Under the pieces are notes generated by a model. The model was not told the DNA's origin and did not search any database. It worked only from the letters and a program-made list of their open reading frames with translations. A DNA stretch of 64,000 nt from Trichoplax adhaerens. Lineage: Eukaryota; Animalia; Placozoa. Of the stretch, positions 62,475-64,000 are shown in pieces. Location of the stretch: positions 10,386,209 to 10,450,208 of the forward strand of contig NW_002060943.1 of assembly GCF_000150275.1 (NCBI RefSeq). The letters are read 5' to 3'. Each line of letters opens with the position of its first letter. Positions within the stretch are counted from its first letter, which is position 1. The position numbers were made by a program, and so were the translations under genes.

Positions 62475-63360
62475 CCGTACTATATACTGTATAGTACTGT
62501 ATTATACAGTTATGCTGTTCGTGCAGTTCTACAGTACCGTACTCGATTACTGTACAGTACTGTACAGTACACTGTACTGAACAGTACTGTAGGTGTGTAC
62601 TGTACTGTACTGTACTGTACTGTACTGGTCATGAAGACCTCTACAGTGTACAGTGTACAATACAGTACTGTATGTACAGTACTGTGCGAGTGCTTCATAC
62701 TGTACTGTACTGTACTGTACTGTACAGTACTATACGGTATTGTACTGTACTGTACTGTACAATTCTATTGTTGATTCGTACAGTACCTTCAACTGTGGAG
62801 CTTGCCCTAGCCGGAGACATGTCACACAGGCTACTAAAGGACTAAAAAAACATAAGAAAAAAATCTCATGGGAAGTATCCTCTACTATTTCACGGACTGA
62901 GTTCGGACTTCTCTACACCTACTGTATAAAATAAAAGCAGATTAGAACTCATCTGAGTACTTAAGTGACTTGATCAATCCTTAGAAAACTAAAAAAGAGA
63001 GTGGCCGGCTGTACATTGTACAGTACAGTACTTTACACTCTGGTCCTGAGTACTGTACTGTACGGTACGGTTTCGAATTTGGCGGCAAAGATAATCTTCT
63101 CTAGAACCTGTACACTGTACACTGTACAGTGTACACTCATTATACTGTACAGTACTGCACAGCCAGTGAGCTACAGTACTGTACTGTACTGTATTGTACT
63201 GTACAGTACAAGTACACAGAAATGCAGTAAAGTACTGTACAGTACAGTACTGTGCGTGCTTCATTTTGTAGAATACAGTACAGTACTGTAGTCTCTGCTC
63301 GTACAGACAGTACGATGGACTAAACAAGCTACTATACAGTGTACAGTACAGTATAGTACC
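62475..63360. repeat. Two TACAG/CTGTA arrays (62475-62787 and 63010-63360) in the BRD7/CEP76 divergent promoter
   Basis: (TGTAC)n runs at 62596-62626 and 62701-62725, plus many TACAGTACTGTA palindromes. Confidence 0.92.
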
Positions 63361-63643
63361 GCTCATACGACAGTGTGCACTTGATAAGACTCTGCCAGTC
63401 AGCAACAATGGCCTCCAGCAAAACGAATCAGTGATTTATAACCTTTATAACCTGAAAGCTCCTAGCAAATAGCAAGCAGAAGTTATTTGTACCTGCTATT
63501 CGCCTCGAACGCACTATTTTTGATTAGTAGTGCAGTAACTATTTGTGCTACTGTACTTTGACAACCTATATCAATACTGTACGTGTTTGATGTTCTTGTA
63601 GTCATTGCAATCGGTTACAGTTTTTATTAATTATTGATCGCAA

Positions 63644-64000
63644 ATGGCCGAGTTACCTGCAGTAAAGGTTAATCAAATCAGACAATTGATACACGACCAA
63701 ATGACGCAACTGAACATAAATTCTGTTATATCTCGTGTTATTGACGAATTAATGCAAGAGGGAAATCAAATCGACGAGAACCAATTGTTAGAAGCTTTAC
63801 GACAGCGTGGTATCGTTGACGAAATTGTGAAATCACTCAAATTCCAGGATAATCAAACAACCACCAAGGAAATGACCGATAACTATAATAATCAAGCGGT
63901 ACAATCAAGTGATTTAGCGAAAGTACCAACTAATGGTAATAATTATAATACATCACTGTGCCATATTATATTACCTTGAATTTGGATATGATATAGTATG
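63644..64000 (+). CDS. CEP76: Centrosomal protein of 76 kDa (exon 1, about 63644-63934; gene continues beyond the window)
   Basis: MAELPAVKVNQIRQLIHDQMTQLNI..QLLEALRQRGIVDEIVKSLKF resembles the CEP76 N-terminus (MSLPPEK..LKQLIHQQL..LIKALRRRGIIDDVMKELNF). Confidence 0.85.

Overview
AT-rich, intron-dense animal genomic DNA (most introns about 70-150 nt, one N gap). It most resembles a placozoan (Trichoplax-like) scaffold, but the organism is inferred, not proven. Twelve spliced protein-coding genes are recognisable: NUP93 (partial, -), CMIP (-), BBS4 (-), TRIP13 (+), SLC35C2 (-), MGLL (+), SLC38A7/8 (-), NPEPL1 (+), RPRD1A/B (-), a THEM4-like thioesterase (+), BRD7/9 (-) and CEP76 (partial, +). 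From 21 kb onward the genes form five consecutive head-to-head pairs. Every one of these divergent promoters, plus the NUP93 promoter, carries a 100-400 bp degenerate palindromic TACAG/CTGTA pentamer array, while CMIP has none. Other notable items: a candidate structured ncRNA (about 5786-6030) where NUP93's missing divergent partner would sit, a TIR-like motif shared by two first introns (once as a 32-bp-arm hairpin), and a probable U12-type intron in BBS4. Gene names come from recalled homology of manually spliced exons; no database search was run.
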